In this document: positions 1 through 12,921 of the stretch, in pieces
Numbering within the stretch: the stretch's first letter is position 1
How the letters are laid out: every line of letters begins with the position of its first letter
NCBI GenBank assembly: GCA_010015805.1
Contig: ML978124.1
Location: 1,054,001 to 1,118,000 of the forward strand
DNA length: 64,000 nucleotides
Direction of reading: 5' to 3'
Origin: Rhizodiscina lignyota
Lineage: Eukaryota
Notes under the pieces: model-generated
Seen by the model: the letters and a program-made list of their open reading frames with translations, nothing else
The model's database searches: none
What the model was told of the DNA's origin: nothing
Made by a program: the position numbers and the translations under genes

Positions 1-937
1 GCAACGGTAGGAGACTGAAGAGGAGACTGCATAGGGGTTTCGGCTGGGCGAGCTTCGTCAATCATTGGCGGAAGCAGGGGCGTGGAGGCCAGGGCCTCGC
101 GGTTGATTGGCTCCTCATCTTTGGTCGCGACTGGAATCTCCATTGGTGCAGATCGAACGTCGGGAACGAGCTCGATGGGACTTGGTTCAAACGGATCTAC
201 GAGAGCGTCTGATCGATCGAGTACAGGTACTGCAGTGCTACTCAGGGAAGATGACCTACTTGACGCAGCGCGCGATGGGGTGGAGTAGCCAGTCCCAAGG
301 GAGAGGTTTGGCTTCCGCTGCTTCCAGCGCCTTGAGAAAGACGGGAAGCGGTTTGACAACCTTTGCGTAATGTGATCCATGGGTGAGTCGTCGGGCTTGT
401 GTTTGGTGGAGGATGAACGAGAGGTCATGCCGCTGCTGAGGTTTTCGAAGAGGCTATCTGAAAAATCGAAGGCTGGGCTCTTAGGCGGCGAGGTTGTGCG
501 TTGCTCGTGTGAAGAAGTGTGCGAACACGGTTGAGAGTCGCCTAGAGCAATTAGCGCTTGCATTCACTGCCAAACACGGGGAGTGAATGATTACAGAGGC
601 ATTGCCAGAGATGGCTATCGTTTTCGACTATGATGCAATCGTCTTCGGGCTCTGGAGGTTCTTCTGCAAGCTTGGAGAGGCGCGCAGCAGAGCTTGTGAG
701 CTCGACGTACTCGCCATTCGGAGGACTTGACGCGACAGAAGAGTTCGAGCTGGGGTATCTGGCATGCCCTCGCAGCGACCAGGTGGGAGTTGGAGGCTCG
801 GACTGCACCGATTCGAGTGAATGGACGGAGGCATTGGGCTTTGCAGACTGCACTTCACTCCGATCACGAAGCGCAGTCTTGGACCTCCGACTCGAAAGAT
901 GCGGGAGAGTCATTGCCAATTGTCGTCGGTCAGGCAT
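1..937 (-). CDS. Conserved fungal Ser/Pro-rich hypothetical protein, 5' part; runs off the left edge
   Basis: Exon 937-595, intron 594-542 (GTAATC...GCTAAT...CTAG), then an open frame to base 1. It encodes HARYPSSNSS, WQCLC, RFPSFSRRWK, LASTPLLPP and QSPLQSPTVA, motifs I recognise from a Pezizomycotina hypothetical family. The start could be 937 or 913. Confidence 0.7.
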
Positions 938-3900
938 GATGGTCCTGGAAAAGTGGGTGAATTTTCCGTCGGGACTAGCAAGCTCCCATCGCCAGCTTAA
1001 GTAGCGTGCAAAACGTGGAGAGGACGGAGAAATAGCTCCAGGCGCAAGATGTCTCTATCCAATGTCGAGTGTTCCGGACCTGGACAGAGTGGCAGAGGCG
1101 GGAGGCACTGGAGGGTGCCACGATTTCGTCGCTGTCCAGGAGCGCGGGCTGCTCAATGGTTGGCGTGGTGTGTTGATGCCCTGCGGAGTGAGGTGGGTGA
1201 GGTGTCGCGAGCGTGGGTGGGCCAGCGGCCAGTGAGAGGCGCGGGAGGTGAGCGATTCGGGTAGGGCACACGTGAAATGGGCAGAGTGGTACCGGCTGGA
1301 GTGACGGGTCGCGGGGCGTGGGCGTATTATGATGAGACCATGTGGCAGCGAAGCGAAGGTGGAGTGAGACGGAGGGAGCGAAGAAGAAAAGGGAATTGAG
1401 AGAGTGAAGCGGCTGGTGAAGAAGTTGGGGCAGGCGAAAGTCTTTTTCTTGTGGCCGAAGAGTCGTGCCTTCGCCGAAAGTGGGCCTCCGGTCGACGCCT
1501 CCACAGCGTTGCGACTGTCGATGCTCAGTGCTGCTCCGAACGCCGCTTGACCTCGACCCCCGAGCGTGCAGGGGAGGTGGGCAGGGCAGGCGGGCAGGGA
1601 AGGCCTGAGCAGCATTCATCCACTTCATCCAGCTCACTTGCAGATGGTAAGTCACTACAACAATGATGATTGCATGCGTGATGCGCCTCTCAACGGCCCG
1701 CGTGCGCTTGCCTGAGGCCTCGCAGCGCCATTGCCCTCGCCTTCGTGCCACTCGCGCCGGGAGGCTGAGGCCTGCTCGCGCCCACCTGTGGCTTCTGATT
1801 CACGCTTGCCGCTTCACCCACTGCCCGCAAGAACAAAGCAGCACCAATTATCGCTCGCGACCCAATGCGGACGCTGCGACGCTGCTGGAGGGGGAGGGCC
1901 AGGTCTCGCGTGCATTGCACACCCTCCGCGTCCAGTGTCAGTCGCCATCACAAGCTGCCTGCGCAACTAAGCTCGGTCACTGAGAGCGCGCGCTTTCGAG
2001 AGACCAGGCCCGTCCTGTCACGGGATGCCGTTGCCAGACAGCACCGCACAGCAGCGGCACGCTGAGAGCCTAGGGAGAGGTCGGCATGCGAGGGAGAGAA
2101 AAGCAGGCGCATTGGATTTGCCAATGCTGATGACCCCCAGCCCTCGCACTTGCTCTGCTCTTCGCACCCCCATCCTTACAGCACGCTGTGCTAGGGACGA
2201 GCCTGCGCTATCCAGACCACAGACTCCCGTCTCCCGCTCTGCTTTCCACGCTGGCCTCCAGGGTCTGCGCCATTCGCCCTGCTCCGTCCGGTGCTGCCGG
2301 AGAGAGATAGTAGGGGCAGTTGCTATGAAGCCTTCCTCTCCCAGTGAGGCCCGCTGACAATTGTCCGTAGAAGCAGAGACCGGTTTGAGTTTGACAGCGC
2401 ACCTCACGTCCGGACTCACGATGACTTGCATGAGCATCAGAGAATTGGCGAGAGACCGAACAGGAAAAGGCCAGTGAGTTTCGCGATCCAAACAAACAGC
2501 ACCCGCGACGCCTTCCGGGCAAAGGCAGGGCGATCGCCGTTGTATCTTCATCTTCCATTGGCGTCCCGTGCGTCTTCTAGTGTCGCTGCCCTTGCACGCG
2601 GCGGCAGCCAGCCATGCGGCCGCGGTTGAAGCAGAGCCTATCCCCCCCACCAGCGCGACGAAATGCATCCAAACAAAGCACGATCGCAAACGCGGCTTGA
2701 CGTCAAGCAATAAAGTCAACAGTGCAGGCCGATAAACCGGGAAGAATGGTATAGGTTGCAATGCGATCGGATGCCACTCCACTCACCACCCGACAGCTGT
2801 CTCCCACCCTCCAACTCAGAAGTGCAGCATGCAGGAACGCGGCGCGCAGCTGCTGGTGCGTTTGCAAACTGGACGGGCTGTTCAAAATGCGCTCCAATCA
2901 TGTCGCGAGCAACTATCGCAATATCCCCCATCCATAAACGTGACTTCAGCACTCACCCTTCGCGGAGGACACAGCTGTTATTCCCCTTGAAGCCATTGCA
3001 GTACAGCTGTGCATACCACGTGTATACCAGTAGCAGGCAGTGAGCCCGGGGAACAGACAAAAACGGAATTTGCCATCCTACGAGAAGATGACAAAATTCT
3101 GCATCCCGTGTCTGGCCATGCGGCGAGAAGAAGAAATGGAGAATTCTCCGCCAAATTGGAAAAGCGGAGTGGTGGGAACGGCATGTGGGTATTTTGCAAT
3201 TCCTCGGTCGTCTCTGGCCAGTGAGAGGCGCGGTGCTTGAACGGGAGCCTCGTGCCTTTGACAGGCGGGCCCAACGCTTGCAGATTTTTCGATGGGTGTC
3301 CCCGGCTCTTTCAACAGCGCCCACAACCCGGTCGACAAGATGCTGAGATCGAGCAGCGGCATCCCGGCAGGACGCTTTCGTAAACTCCTCTCGGCAGAGG
3401 CGATTGCGAACGAAGGCCGCCGATGTGCCGAGAGCTGCTATGGCGCTGCGGAGGGCTCAGCACTGTCGCTTGTCGAGCTGCCGGATCCGCAAGCCCTTCT
3501 TTCCACGCGGTGATCGGCGCGGTACCTGAGCTAGCTCCCATAGCGAGCCATTCACAAGGGGAGAAAGTGTTGGGGTGCGGCATCGTCGTAGAGATGGATA
3601 CCCTGCGCTGACGGGCTTTTGACAGGAGCCTAGTCCTAGGGCATGAGAGCTAGAGGAACGGCAGAGCAATAGTAGCAGCAATAAGACCTTTTAGCGTCGT
3701 TGAAGATTTGTTCGAAAACTGTGGAACGCTACTATCCTAGCCATTGATGAGAAATCGAGTGTGGCCGTCCTGAAAATGAGTTTCGAGAAGCGACATAATT
3801 TCCCGAGGTCTATAGTCTACGAGAGCATTTCGCTGCATCCAAAAAGGAGAATCCTAGCACGATGGATGGGGTTTGGGAGTAGCTAAAGAATGACCGCAGA

Positions 3901-3956
3901 CGCCATGATTCGTTGCTTCTGTCGTGATGATGGTAGGACCTTTATCCCCGCAACGA

Positions 3957-6091
3957 TCACAGCCAGAACCTTCTCCATACTTCCTTCTGCTCCTCGCTGC
4001 CCTCGAACTGTCATAGCATCAGCCCATGTCTTCGAGGATTCTCTGAGAGTCGGAAGCTGTGAAGGAACCACAGTGCGTAAAGGCAATTTCGGGGTCATCC
4101 CCGCGTTACTTACTTTGAAGTCCACTTTGGTTATGTCCTGAAAGCCTTCTTCTAGCGAAGGGTCCCGAAATCGAGAGGTGAAGCTGTTGAACGCCATTCT
4201 CGGCAACATGGCCCGGTTTTCAGGGTTTGTCTGCAAAGAATTCTGTCAGGCACTGGAATTCACCGAGTCATGTTTTAGTGCTGCGAATAGGAAGTCATCC
4301 ACAAACTGGATGACCGGCAGCTGCGGAGAAATGCTCCTTTGCAGTCAAGCCTTGCGCAAGAGCATCATATGCTTCAGTGGAGAAGGTACAGAGTGAGGAA
4401 ACTGTCCAAGTGGGCTTACCTTGAGATCGTTCAAGGCACGAACGGCATCATTGTGCTCTCCAAGTTTTGCGCCGGCCGTGAAGAGCACGCAACGGATCGG
4501 GACATTTAATTTCTTCGCCACATTCACCCAGGCCTTCCTCGTGTGCTCGTCCGGATTCGTATTATCTGCAGTGTGGGTCTCGTCAGTGCCTGAGTACACG
4601 GCTCTCCACGCATTCATGGTACATGTCCGAGCACGTGAAGTCGTTCGGAATCTGCACCTACCAACAACGACAGATGAGCCTTCCTTGAGGAATGCTTCAG
4701 CTACCTTCAGGCACCTTTCGCGCTATACCCAACATTAGCATCCGGGAAAGGGGAAGTCGCCGCCACAGGGCTGTTAGTGGGGCGAGCCCTGGGCTGCGCA
4801 TATGCAGGTGATATTTACCGTCTTCAAGTTGTCCTGATTTACCCGCTCGTACCCCAGAGGCTTCAGATGATTCCAGTAGAAGGTTGACTTCCCTGCGCCA
4901 GGGCTGCCGCACAGCAGCACGAGGTCTAACTCGTTGGCCTTGCTGAAGACAAGGGGTGCTACATGCCTCATCAGCTTGCTGAACCGTTCAATAGGAGAAT
5001 AAATGATAATCTCCGAACGTACTTGAATCGGTAGATGCTGCCTGATCTGCCCCTAGGTATGTCGACGGATCGAACTCCCGCATGAAGGGCTGCGCCTCGG
5101 TACCAAGGAAGAATTCTTCTGGAGTCATGTAGGGTATGCCAATATTGAATGCAAAGTCCCTGCGAAGTTCATGAGCTCTGGAGACAGAACATTCGATATG
5201 CGACCGAGAATTACCTATCCGAGCAAGAGAAGTCTTTTCTTTTGCCTTGCGAACCTTCAGCCCTGCCGCCTGCATCCCCAACAAAGATGCAGTGTTCGAG
5301 GACGAGGTCGGACGATGGGTCAAGCTCGTGCTCCTGCAGGAACTCATTCCACATGCCTGTCCGAGGCTTGCGGTACATGTCCTTAGCCGTCGCGGCATAG
5401 ATGCTGATTGGAATATTCAAATCCTCAAACACCGCCGCGGTCTTGGTCTTGAAGTCTGCGAACCGCTTCTTATCGACGTTCGTAGTCTTCTTGTCGCTCT
5501 TGAGGCTGATACCGGATTGGTTACTGAAGATGACTACGTAGTAGCTTTGGAGGAGCATTAGCATTAGCCTCACGATAGCGAGAGCGAGATATGAACAGTT
5601 CGCTACGCCTTACCCGTCCTCATACAGCGAGCGAAGCTTCTTCGGCACAATGCCGTCCCACCACTTCCAATCCTGTGCGTCTTTTCCAAATACGTTTCCC
5701 GACGAAGTGGAAATAAGCGTTGAATCCTGGGCATTGCGTCAGCTCAGCTACATGAAATGGGCCACCTGCCACAGCTGGAGACCAACAAAATCGAAACCGG
5801 CAATCTTTCTCCTCTTGTCTTCCCGCGTTTCCGATACCTCAGGAGGCTTGAATGTCCCTACGACCAAGCTATCGTTGGCGATCCGCCAGGTGACCTTCTC
5901 GGGGACCTTCTCCTTCTTCGACGCCGGAGTGAAGAAATTTGCAACTGCCTTTTCTGTAGAATGTCAATATCGGCATGAGTGGAGCCAGCATGATTGCTCT
6001 TACGCGTCACTGTAGATTGCTTTCCTCTCTTTAACGGTGGCGGCGAGACTGTACCATCATCGGTGCTGCCACGCTTCATGTTCGGAGCCAT
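3957..6091 (-). CDS. PNK1: Bifunctional polynucleotide 3'-phosphatase/5'-kinase (PNKP/Pnk1), multi-exon
   Basis: HAD phosphatase motifs KIAGFDF|DSTLI, DWKWW, FSNQSG, YRKPRTGMW, FVGDAGGR, DFSCSDR. Kinase P-loop GSPGAGKST, VNQD, DNTNPD. The last exon FEGSEEQKEVWRRFWL* ends at TGA 3957-3959. Confidence 0.93.
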
Positions 6092-6278
6092 AGGTAAGCT
6101 TCTGAAACGGAGAGCACCTGGACTTCGCAGAATATAGAGAGGGATTCGGGAAGGAGAATTGGAGGAAGAAGGCAGCAAATGAAGTGAGTGGGAGAGGCGG
6201 AGTAGAGTGGCAGTCATATCATGTTGAAAGTTGAGGTTGAATCTACCTATAGGCTGCCGAAGCGGAATGAGCGTGTTG

Positions 6279-6318
6279 CGCGAAGCGAAATTTCGCCACG
6301 TTCACGCGTGCTCACGTG
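6279..6318. promoter_or_regulatory. Cluster of palindromic motifs upstream of PNK1: GCGAAATTTCGC, MCB-like CACGCGTG and E-box CACGTG
   Basis: Read directly at 6285-6296, 6303-6310 and 6313-6318, about 200 bp upstream of the PNK1 ATG. Confidence 0.4.
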
Positions 6319-7089
6319 CTCAATTTTAACACTTTTCAGTCTACATGTCGGAGGAGAATGTCTTTCGATAAGTAATTACGTTTGTAAAAAAATAGTTGGC
6401 TCTATTTTTGAGTGTAATTCAAGTTCCTGGGGTTGAGTGCTTATATACACAGTTCATTCTCGATGGTGACAGAATAGCGGACCATTATATTGAAAGAGTG
6501 CAGTACGAACAAGATCGGCTCTTCAGCTGAGGCAAGAGCATCGCCAGGGGCTTATGAGGATATGCTTAGCCCAGCGTTAGAGAAAATCACATCACTCCCT
6601 GAAACGACCATGTTCTTTAACAGCGTGACGTTTCGTAGCTATGGCTCATCTTGTGGTCGGGAAGTGGAGGGACGGAGGTTTGCATGTCCATTAAGATATA
6701 GAAGCAGTTTATGAGCTGCTCCAGTTGAGCACCCGGCTTCTTCGCTGACTAGATAGCTGCTAGATGATATTGCATTGTGCCTCCTGGCCGACAAATGGCG
6801 TGGTCGTCGCCCTCGAGTTTCAGTGTCTAGACATTTTGAACAATTATCGACCATTCAATGCAGATATACCTCCATTCGCTCCCCTAAACTATTCTTTCAG
6901 CCATTTGAACCCGTGTCATCCAAGATTCTAGAGACTCTGCAGAACTATGTATTGGCGAATTCTCATTTCTCTTCTCCCTTATGAGTTCACCTGACTTTAA
7001 CAGAAGGCTAAGGAGGCGTGGCTATCCAACCCGAATCCTAGGTCTCTTGTCGGCTAAGTTATGCTCATCACATCCAAGACTGTCAACTT

Positions 7090-7917
7090 TCATTTGACTC
7101 GTGTGTCTAGTGAGAGTCTCTCTGGGACCTTAAGAGTCACGACGCCCTTCATGCGAGCTTGGAGGTCTCTCAGTTCGTTCGTTCCTTGAGTTTCGATTTC
7201 CGGTTTCAGCTCTGAGCCCAGAAGAATCGATGCCTCTAGCAGATACGCACCACTCTCATCTAGGGGCTGCAAGGAGTCGAGTGGCGGCAAAGCCTCTCGT
7301 GGAGATGAGAGGACTGATTCGGTCGGGTGAAATTGCAGCGGGCGGTACATGTTCAGTACGATATTGCCAGTAACGAATTGATAGCCTTCGGTCATGAATT
7401 CAGTGATAAATCTAGTCTACTTTAGCGATGTTCCATACAGTAAAGAAGAATTGACTCACGTGTTCCCCTGAGTTACCATAAACTCATGAGCGTCACCGTC
7501 CACGATCTTGCTCTTTGTCGTTTGACGAAGAATAACGGCGCGTTTGCCTGGTTGTGGCACATCTTGGAATTGCATAGCCCAAGACTGTTTCTTCATCACA
7601 TTCGTCGTTCCGTTCGTCTCGCTTCCATTAGGGATTTTGTCGCCAAGATCGCTCTCCTCCAGGGATTGGATGGCCTGAACGTAGAACAATTCCGTGCTCT
7701 GCACCGGCCTGTCTCTATTGGGTCTCTGCTGCTGCTGGATGGTTTGGCTTCCTCCAACTTGAACACCCCGTTGCTGAGTTGGTGCCTGAGATGGTTTGTA
7801 CACGGCGTGGCGCTCGATCACCCGTTGAGGCTGCATGGCGCAAAGGCCAGCAAGTATCTTCAACACCTGCTCATGACGTCCCCATGGCACTTGGCCGAAA
7901 AGTAGCACCTCATGCAT
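7090..7917 (-). CDS. MED18: Mediator complex subunit 18 (Med18/Srb5)
   Basis: N-terminus MHEVLLFGQV...QVLKILAGLCAMQP; WAMQFQDVPQPG; one intron near 7413-7460; C-terminus LDESGAYLLEASI...PERLSLDTRVK*. Confidence 0.9.
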
Positions 7918-8448
7918 GATGATCCTTGACAGATTCAATCGGAAAATAATAAGACGCAGGGTCTGTAGGGAAATGGTCTGACGCTGATTGGAACTTGTAG
8001 AAAAGTATCGTGGCCATTCGGGGCTCTTCTGAGACTTTGCCCCCACTATGCTTCACCGCCGGGGGTGAATTGGGCTCTTTACTGCGTCATCTTCGATTAG
8101 TGCGAAATATTGGTGTTCATCTCAGGATAGTGTGTTGTGATCACGTTGGAAGTGTTGTTCCTGGCAGAAGGTACGCCGCGGCCCGCCGGGGAGCTCCGAC
8201 CTCAATCACGTCGATGTCACCCGATATGTCAAGCTTTCCATTCTCACGCCTTTAAACCCCAATTGCGCCCGCTTTCCCCCTCTGACAGCTTCTAGTCCTT
8301 CTAGTCCTTTGTACACGTCCCTCACCTAAAGCTGCCAATCCGAATTAGCAATTTAACCCTTGTTGTACAAAGGCAGAGCTCGGTCACAGTACTAGCCTAG
8401 TCCGACCTCAAGTCCGATCCCACGTAACTATTTCCTTGACTACACAAG

Positions 8449-8925
8449 ATGAGGGCAACTCTGCGTCTCCTTCAGCACCGGCAGCCTATGATTAAGTTCG
8501 TTGGCAAGCATACGCCTCCAGCAAGTTCGTCTATCCTCTCCATCTCCCGTGTCTCCATATCCTCTCAATGCGCAGAAACTTGAGCCACCACCTCACCTCT
8601 CCTCCAAGACAAAGCTGCAAAACTAACTCATGCTTCCCCAGAACTCGATCACACGCCCGTAGCGCACCCAGCTAGCCCTACACATACTCTCCCGAACAGC
8701 TTCGCGCAGTACAGGCAGAAGGCACAGCAGCACGGCCCATTAAACGGCGGCAGCAAACTCGGCCTGGGCGCAATTGGCAGCCATTCAGGCCATTCACTCG
8801 GCTCTGTTGAGCCCAAGAAGGGCGAGTACTTCGACCGCGACGAGCTCCCAAGGAGGTTCCGCCGGACTCCTTGGACGACGGCGGAGATTGAGGCGGTGGA
8901 GAGCGGCGGAGCGAGCATGTTTTAA
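8449..8925 (+). CDS. YMR31: Ymr31/Kgd4 (MRPS36 family) alpha-ketoglutarate dehydrogenase adaptor subunit, 119 aa; absent from the ORF track
   Basis: Exons 8449-8524 and 8642-8925 (intron GTTCGT...CTAAC...CCAG) give MRATLRLLQHRQPMIKFVGK...HPASP...SFAQYRQKAQQHGPL...GEYFDRDELPRRFRR...EIEAVESGGASMF*. Confidence 0.9.
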
Positions 8926-9280
8926 GAGAATGACTGAAAGAGAATGAACTGAGCGCCGCGGACTATCACGGTCTATGACGTGCGCTTTGTGAAGGATAAC
9001 CCCTCCTGGGAAAGTTGGAGGCGATGGATTGTATATATGTTAGGATGATATCGTTCTACTCCTGTGGGCTCTACGCACGTTTCCTACGTCTAGCGGCATT
9101 GTAATGGGTTTGGTATTACCATGAGCGTTTAGGGCCTGTAGAACAGTTTGAGTAACGATCAAGACTGTAGACATAGCAAGTTTCACAGGGTTCTGATTCA
9201 CTAGTTGTGTCGCAATGCAAGACGCCATGTCCAATAAAGAACGCTCATACGCTGCAAGACTCGCTCGACCTTTTCGTTCT

Positions 9281-10828
9281 CTACAAATTGACATCTTCCA
9301 CATGATAGTGGTCAGCGACGATCCGGTAGAGATAGCTCGGCGCATGTCCCCCGAGATTTGTAATGTACAAATCCACCAAACCAGCCTCGACGTAGTCGTT
9401 TATCGGGTTGACAACTTCCATGCCATCGACTCCCTTACCATCTTCGTATGGCAGCACTCTCGAGGAATCTCCGTACTCTACGAGCTCCTCGGTATCGAAT
9501 GGATACAATGGGCTCAGCTTGTACACTCCGCTGAGCACCACGACAGGCGTTTGATGCGCTCGGGCTGCCTGAGCGATATTGCGCGCTCCAACGGATGCAA
9601 TGAGTCCTCCGTTCGCAAGCACGGTGTGTGTAGCGAGGATTACCTTGTTGACACGGGACATGATTGCGAATACAGCAGCGTCGGGGATGAGGATAACACT
9701 TATGCCAGCAGAGGTGAGAGGCTTGAAGCGCATGTCATCCACGCTCTCTTCTTCGTCATCTATGGCGCTGCCTGAGCTGGTGCCTGGTTTCTTCCGTCCG
9801 TTCATGACAGTAGAGTAAGTGTCTAGGTGATCGTTGGGATAACTCTCCACGTGCACAACGGTGAATTTCCGCTTCCTGGCTGCTGTGAGGAGGAACTTTT
9901 GCACGGTAGTGGAGGAACCGTGCACCAAGACAATCTCGTCTGCGTGGATGTGTTCGAGCGCATATCCCGCAATTTGCTCAGTGCACTGGTCGAGCTCGTC
10001 AAGTATCTCTCGAATACCTTCGATGACATCGGCCTTTATGTCTTTTGTGCCTGCTTTGTCATTCAAGGTCAATTCGCTCATCGCAAGGTTCGTATGTGTG
10101 AGTGGTTTCATAGACGGGGAAGAGTGGCCTGTAGGCGTGCTAGTGGGCGACGGAGCAGATGGATGAGAGAAGAGGCCAAAGAGAGACGTGACGATAGGAG
10201 CATTAGGCTGCGCGTAGGATGTGTGTGATCCAATTAATGGTGGTCGGTGTACGGAGCTGTCATCATGAGTGAAAGTAGATTCCCCAAGACTCTGAGCATG
10301 GTGCTCTCCAGGGCTTGTGGGTTGCGTCGCTCCGTGTTTCAGGGGACTGAAGGTTGAGATACTCGAAGTTAGACCGGGACGTTGATGCACATCATTGGAC
10401 GGTGGGCTCTGGCCAGCTTCGCTCATGGCGGGTGTGTCTCCCTCATTGTCATCTTCTACGACCTCACGAACTAGCCCTAGTACCCGCCGCACAATGTTGC
10501 CGACTGCCATCTCTCGAGGCTGTGCAGCTGTGAGGCGCTGGCCCACGTGCCGTATTCGTGCCATGAGCTTTGCGACATCTCTGCCTTTGAAGTCGGCGAC
10601 GACGCGGAGGAGAAGCTGGGTGGTTGCGAGCGCGCATGGTCTCGAATTGCGGATCTGTCGTCGTTTGAGAAGTCTGATGGGCAATTATTAGCAACAAGGC
10701 TTGAGCTGAGCTTTAGCTATACAAACTCACGAGATGAATTGCTCGATGGATGACTCAACTGGGCTAGTCTTCAGTGTGCGCAGAAATGAAGGTAGCCCAG
10801 GAGTTATGGACGCAGTGGAGGACGGCAT
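9281..10828 (-). CDS. GCD7: Translation initiation factor eIF2B beta subunit
   Basis: Exon 1 MPSSTASITPGLPSFLRTLK...IEQFIS, intron, then LLKRRQI, AQPREMAVGNIVRRVL, EHIHADEIVL, FAIMSRVNKVI, ANGGL, YKLSPLYP, DLYITNLGGHAPSYLYR. Confidence 0.93.
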
Positions 10829-11280
10829 TTTGAAGGAGCACACCAGCTCCTGCGGTGTTTGTTGTTATACCTGTCTTTGCTGATTTCGAGAAAGTTGTGG
10901 GGGTGATGGAAATGGAGTGGTGTTTCTGCATGTGCGACTCAGGCATCCAGGCCGAGCTCCGACACATCGGGAAACAACCGACGTAATGGCACCCTCACTC
11001 AGCTTCATCCAACCATCCCCCAAACAACGCAACTCGAGAACCTTTAAGACTGTGCTTCGCTGTCCCTATCGAGCTTCGCGCTCGGGCAGACCTCCATCGT
11101 TTCCTTACTACCCTTCTTCTCCGCCGCGGCAGCACCAGCGCCTTCCGCGTGCCCCGGAAGTCAGCAGACTGCGCTCGAAGCGGACACATTGCGCCTCCAC
11201 TTGAACTGACGCGAAAGTAACCCATCTTTCGTAATACCACCGGCTCGCGACCTTCACTCGTTCATGGCTTGCGCAGTACG

Positions 11281-12921
11281 ATGAACTCCCTCGGAATCCT
11301 AACTACAATTGGATCGAATACGCCACCACCAAGTCCGCCCAGGAGCAGATCAGGTAGCGAAGAGAAGAATCAATCGCAAGAGGGCCAAACAGAGCACGGC
11401 GATGATCCTACAGTGAAATTGGAAGAGAAGGAAGATAAAGCCTCCGCCGACGGCGATGCGCCGGGGACTGGAGGCTGGTCAGAAGAGATGGATGAGAAGA
11501 CACCTCTACTACCAAGCACCGGTCCAGAGCCTTACACCGCCCTAAAGACTGGAAACAGTTGGATGGTGGTACCAAATCGGATTGCAAGCGCCGTCGTTTC
11601 CTCGCTTCGAGTTGTCATAACGACCTTTACTGCGCCCGTACGATACGTTATCGCTTGCTTCTACGACGAGGAAGGAAACTTCTCTGCATTCATGCCGATA
11701 TACAATATGGGAAAGACGACGTCTCGACGGAAGCGAAAGTCACCGGAACTGGCGATTGCCACATCCTCGGAAGATGAAACAGATGGCGACAACAGGGAAA
11801 AGCTTGGACACAGTGGAAGTCGCAAATACTCACGTCGCCTTTCGTCTGGAAGCTCCAGCTCTACAGCTGTGCAGACAGACTCAGAGTTTGACAGCAAGAC
11901 CAAAGATAGTGTCTCAAAGCACACGAGGTCAAAGTCTGCAACTTCGACTGGAGACGAGATATCTCCCGCACGTCGCTCCATTCGTATTAAGCTCTATAAT
12001 GAGGACGCGCTGAAGCAACGAAGAAACCGGAATGCAAACACAGGCTCGAAAAGCGGCAGCCTCGATCCTTCTTCTGCTCTGGAAGTTGCTGCTGCGTCAT
12101 TGAAATCGCCATCCAGTACTGCAACAGCGGCAAAAATGACTCGATATCCAAGAACTCCCGCACCTCCGCGACCTCTCATACCCAAGAGGCAGCCCTCGTA
12201 CACTAACACAGTCCCTTTCCAAGGACCCACTTCCCAGAAGACTTTGGTCATTGATCTCGACGAAACACTGATACACAGCCACTCCAAAGGAGGGAGGTAC
12301 ACCACTGGTCACATGGTCGAAGTAAAGATGCAAAATGCGATTGGCACGGCAGGGGTTACAATTGCACCGCAGGTTCCGATTCTCTATTATGTCCATAAAC
12401 GGCCGTTCTGCGATGAGTTTCTACGAAAGGTGGGACAGGTCATTAGTGCAAGTTCGCTGTGACACTATCTGACAACAGGTACAGGTATCGAAATGGTATA
12501 ATCTGATTGTCTTCACTGCTTCCGTTCAAGAATACGCCGATCCAGTCATAGACTGGCTGGAGATGGAACGCAAGTATTTCTCAGGCCGGTATTACAGGCA
12601 ACACTGTACACAGCGAAACGGCGCGTACATCAAGGATCTCAGCCAGGTCGAACCTGATCTGAGCAAGGTTATTATCATTGACAATTCTCCTGTGAGCTAC
12701 ATTTTTCACGAAGGTAAGCTGTCCTTCTGCTATTACTGCTGATCGAGTAGAGTTGTTAACAGACAGCACGAACAGATAACGCTATACCTATAGAAGGATG
12801 GATAAGTGATCCGACGGACAACGGACTGTTGCATTTGGTACCATTGCTTGAAGGCCTTCAGTACGCTACCGATGTACGCGCAGTTCTGTCTTTGCGCCTC
12901 GGTCAGCCGCAGGCTGCATAG
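11281..12921 (+). CDS. NEM1: Nem1 nuclear envelope CTD-type phosphatase (FCP1/NIF domain)
   Basis: KTLVIDLDETLIHS, GHMVEVK, ILYYVHKRP, FTASVQEYADPVIDWLE, IKDLSQVEPDLSKVIIIDNSP, NAIPIEGWISDPTD. Two introns near 12430-12485 and 12714-12776; TAG at 12919-12921. Confidence 0.92.

Noticed and set aside
975..3700. Many overlapping 60-260 aa ORFs on both strands, and an ATG|GTAAGT at about 1644
   Set aside because: GC-rich intergenic DNA; the translations are R/P/S/A-rich without motifs and no coherent spliced model emerged.
8010..8130. GC-rich hairpins upstream of MED18 with CTGAGA and AAAGTCTC words, suggestive of a TPP riboswitch, RNase MRP or snoRNA
   Set aside because: The partner motifs (TPP ATACC/GAAC.TGAT, MRP CR-V, terminal C/D or H/ACA boxes) could not be found.
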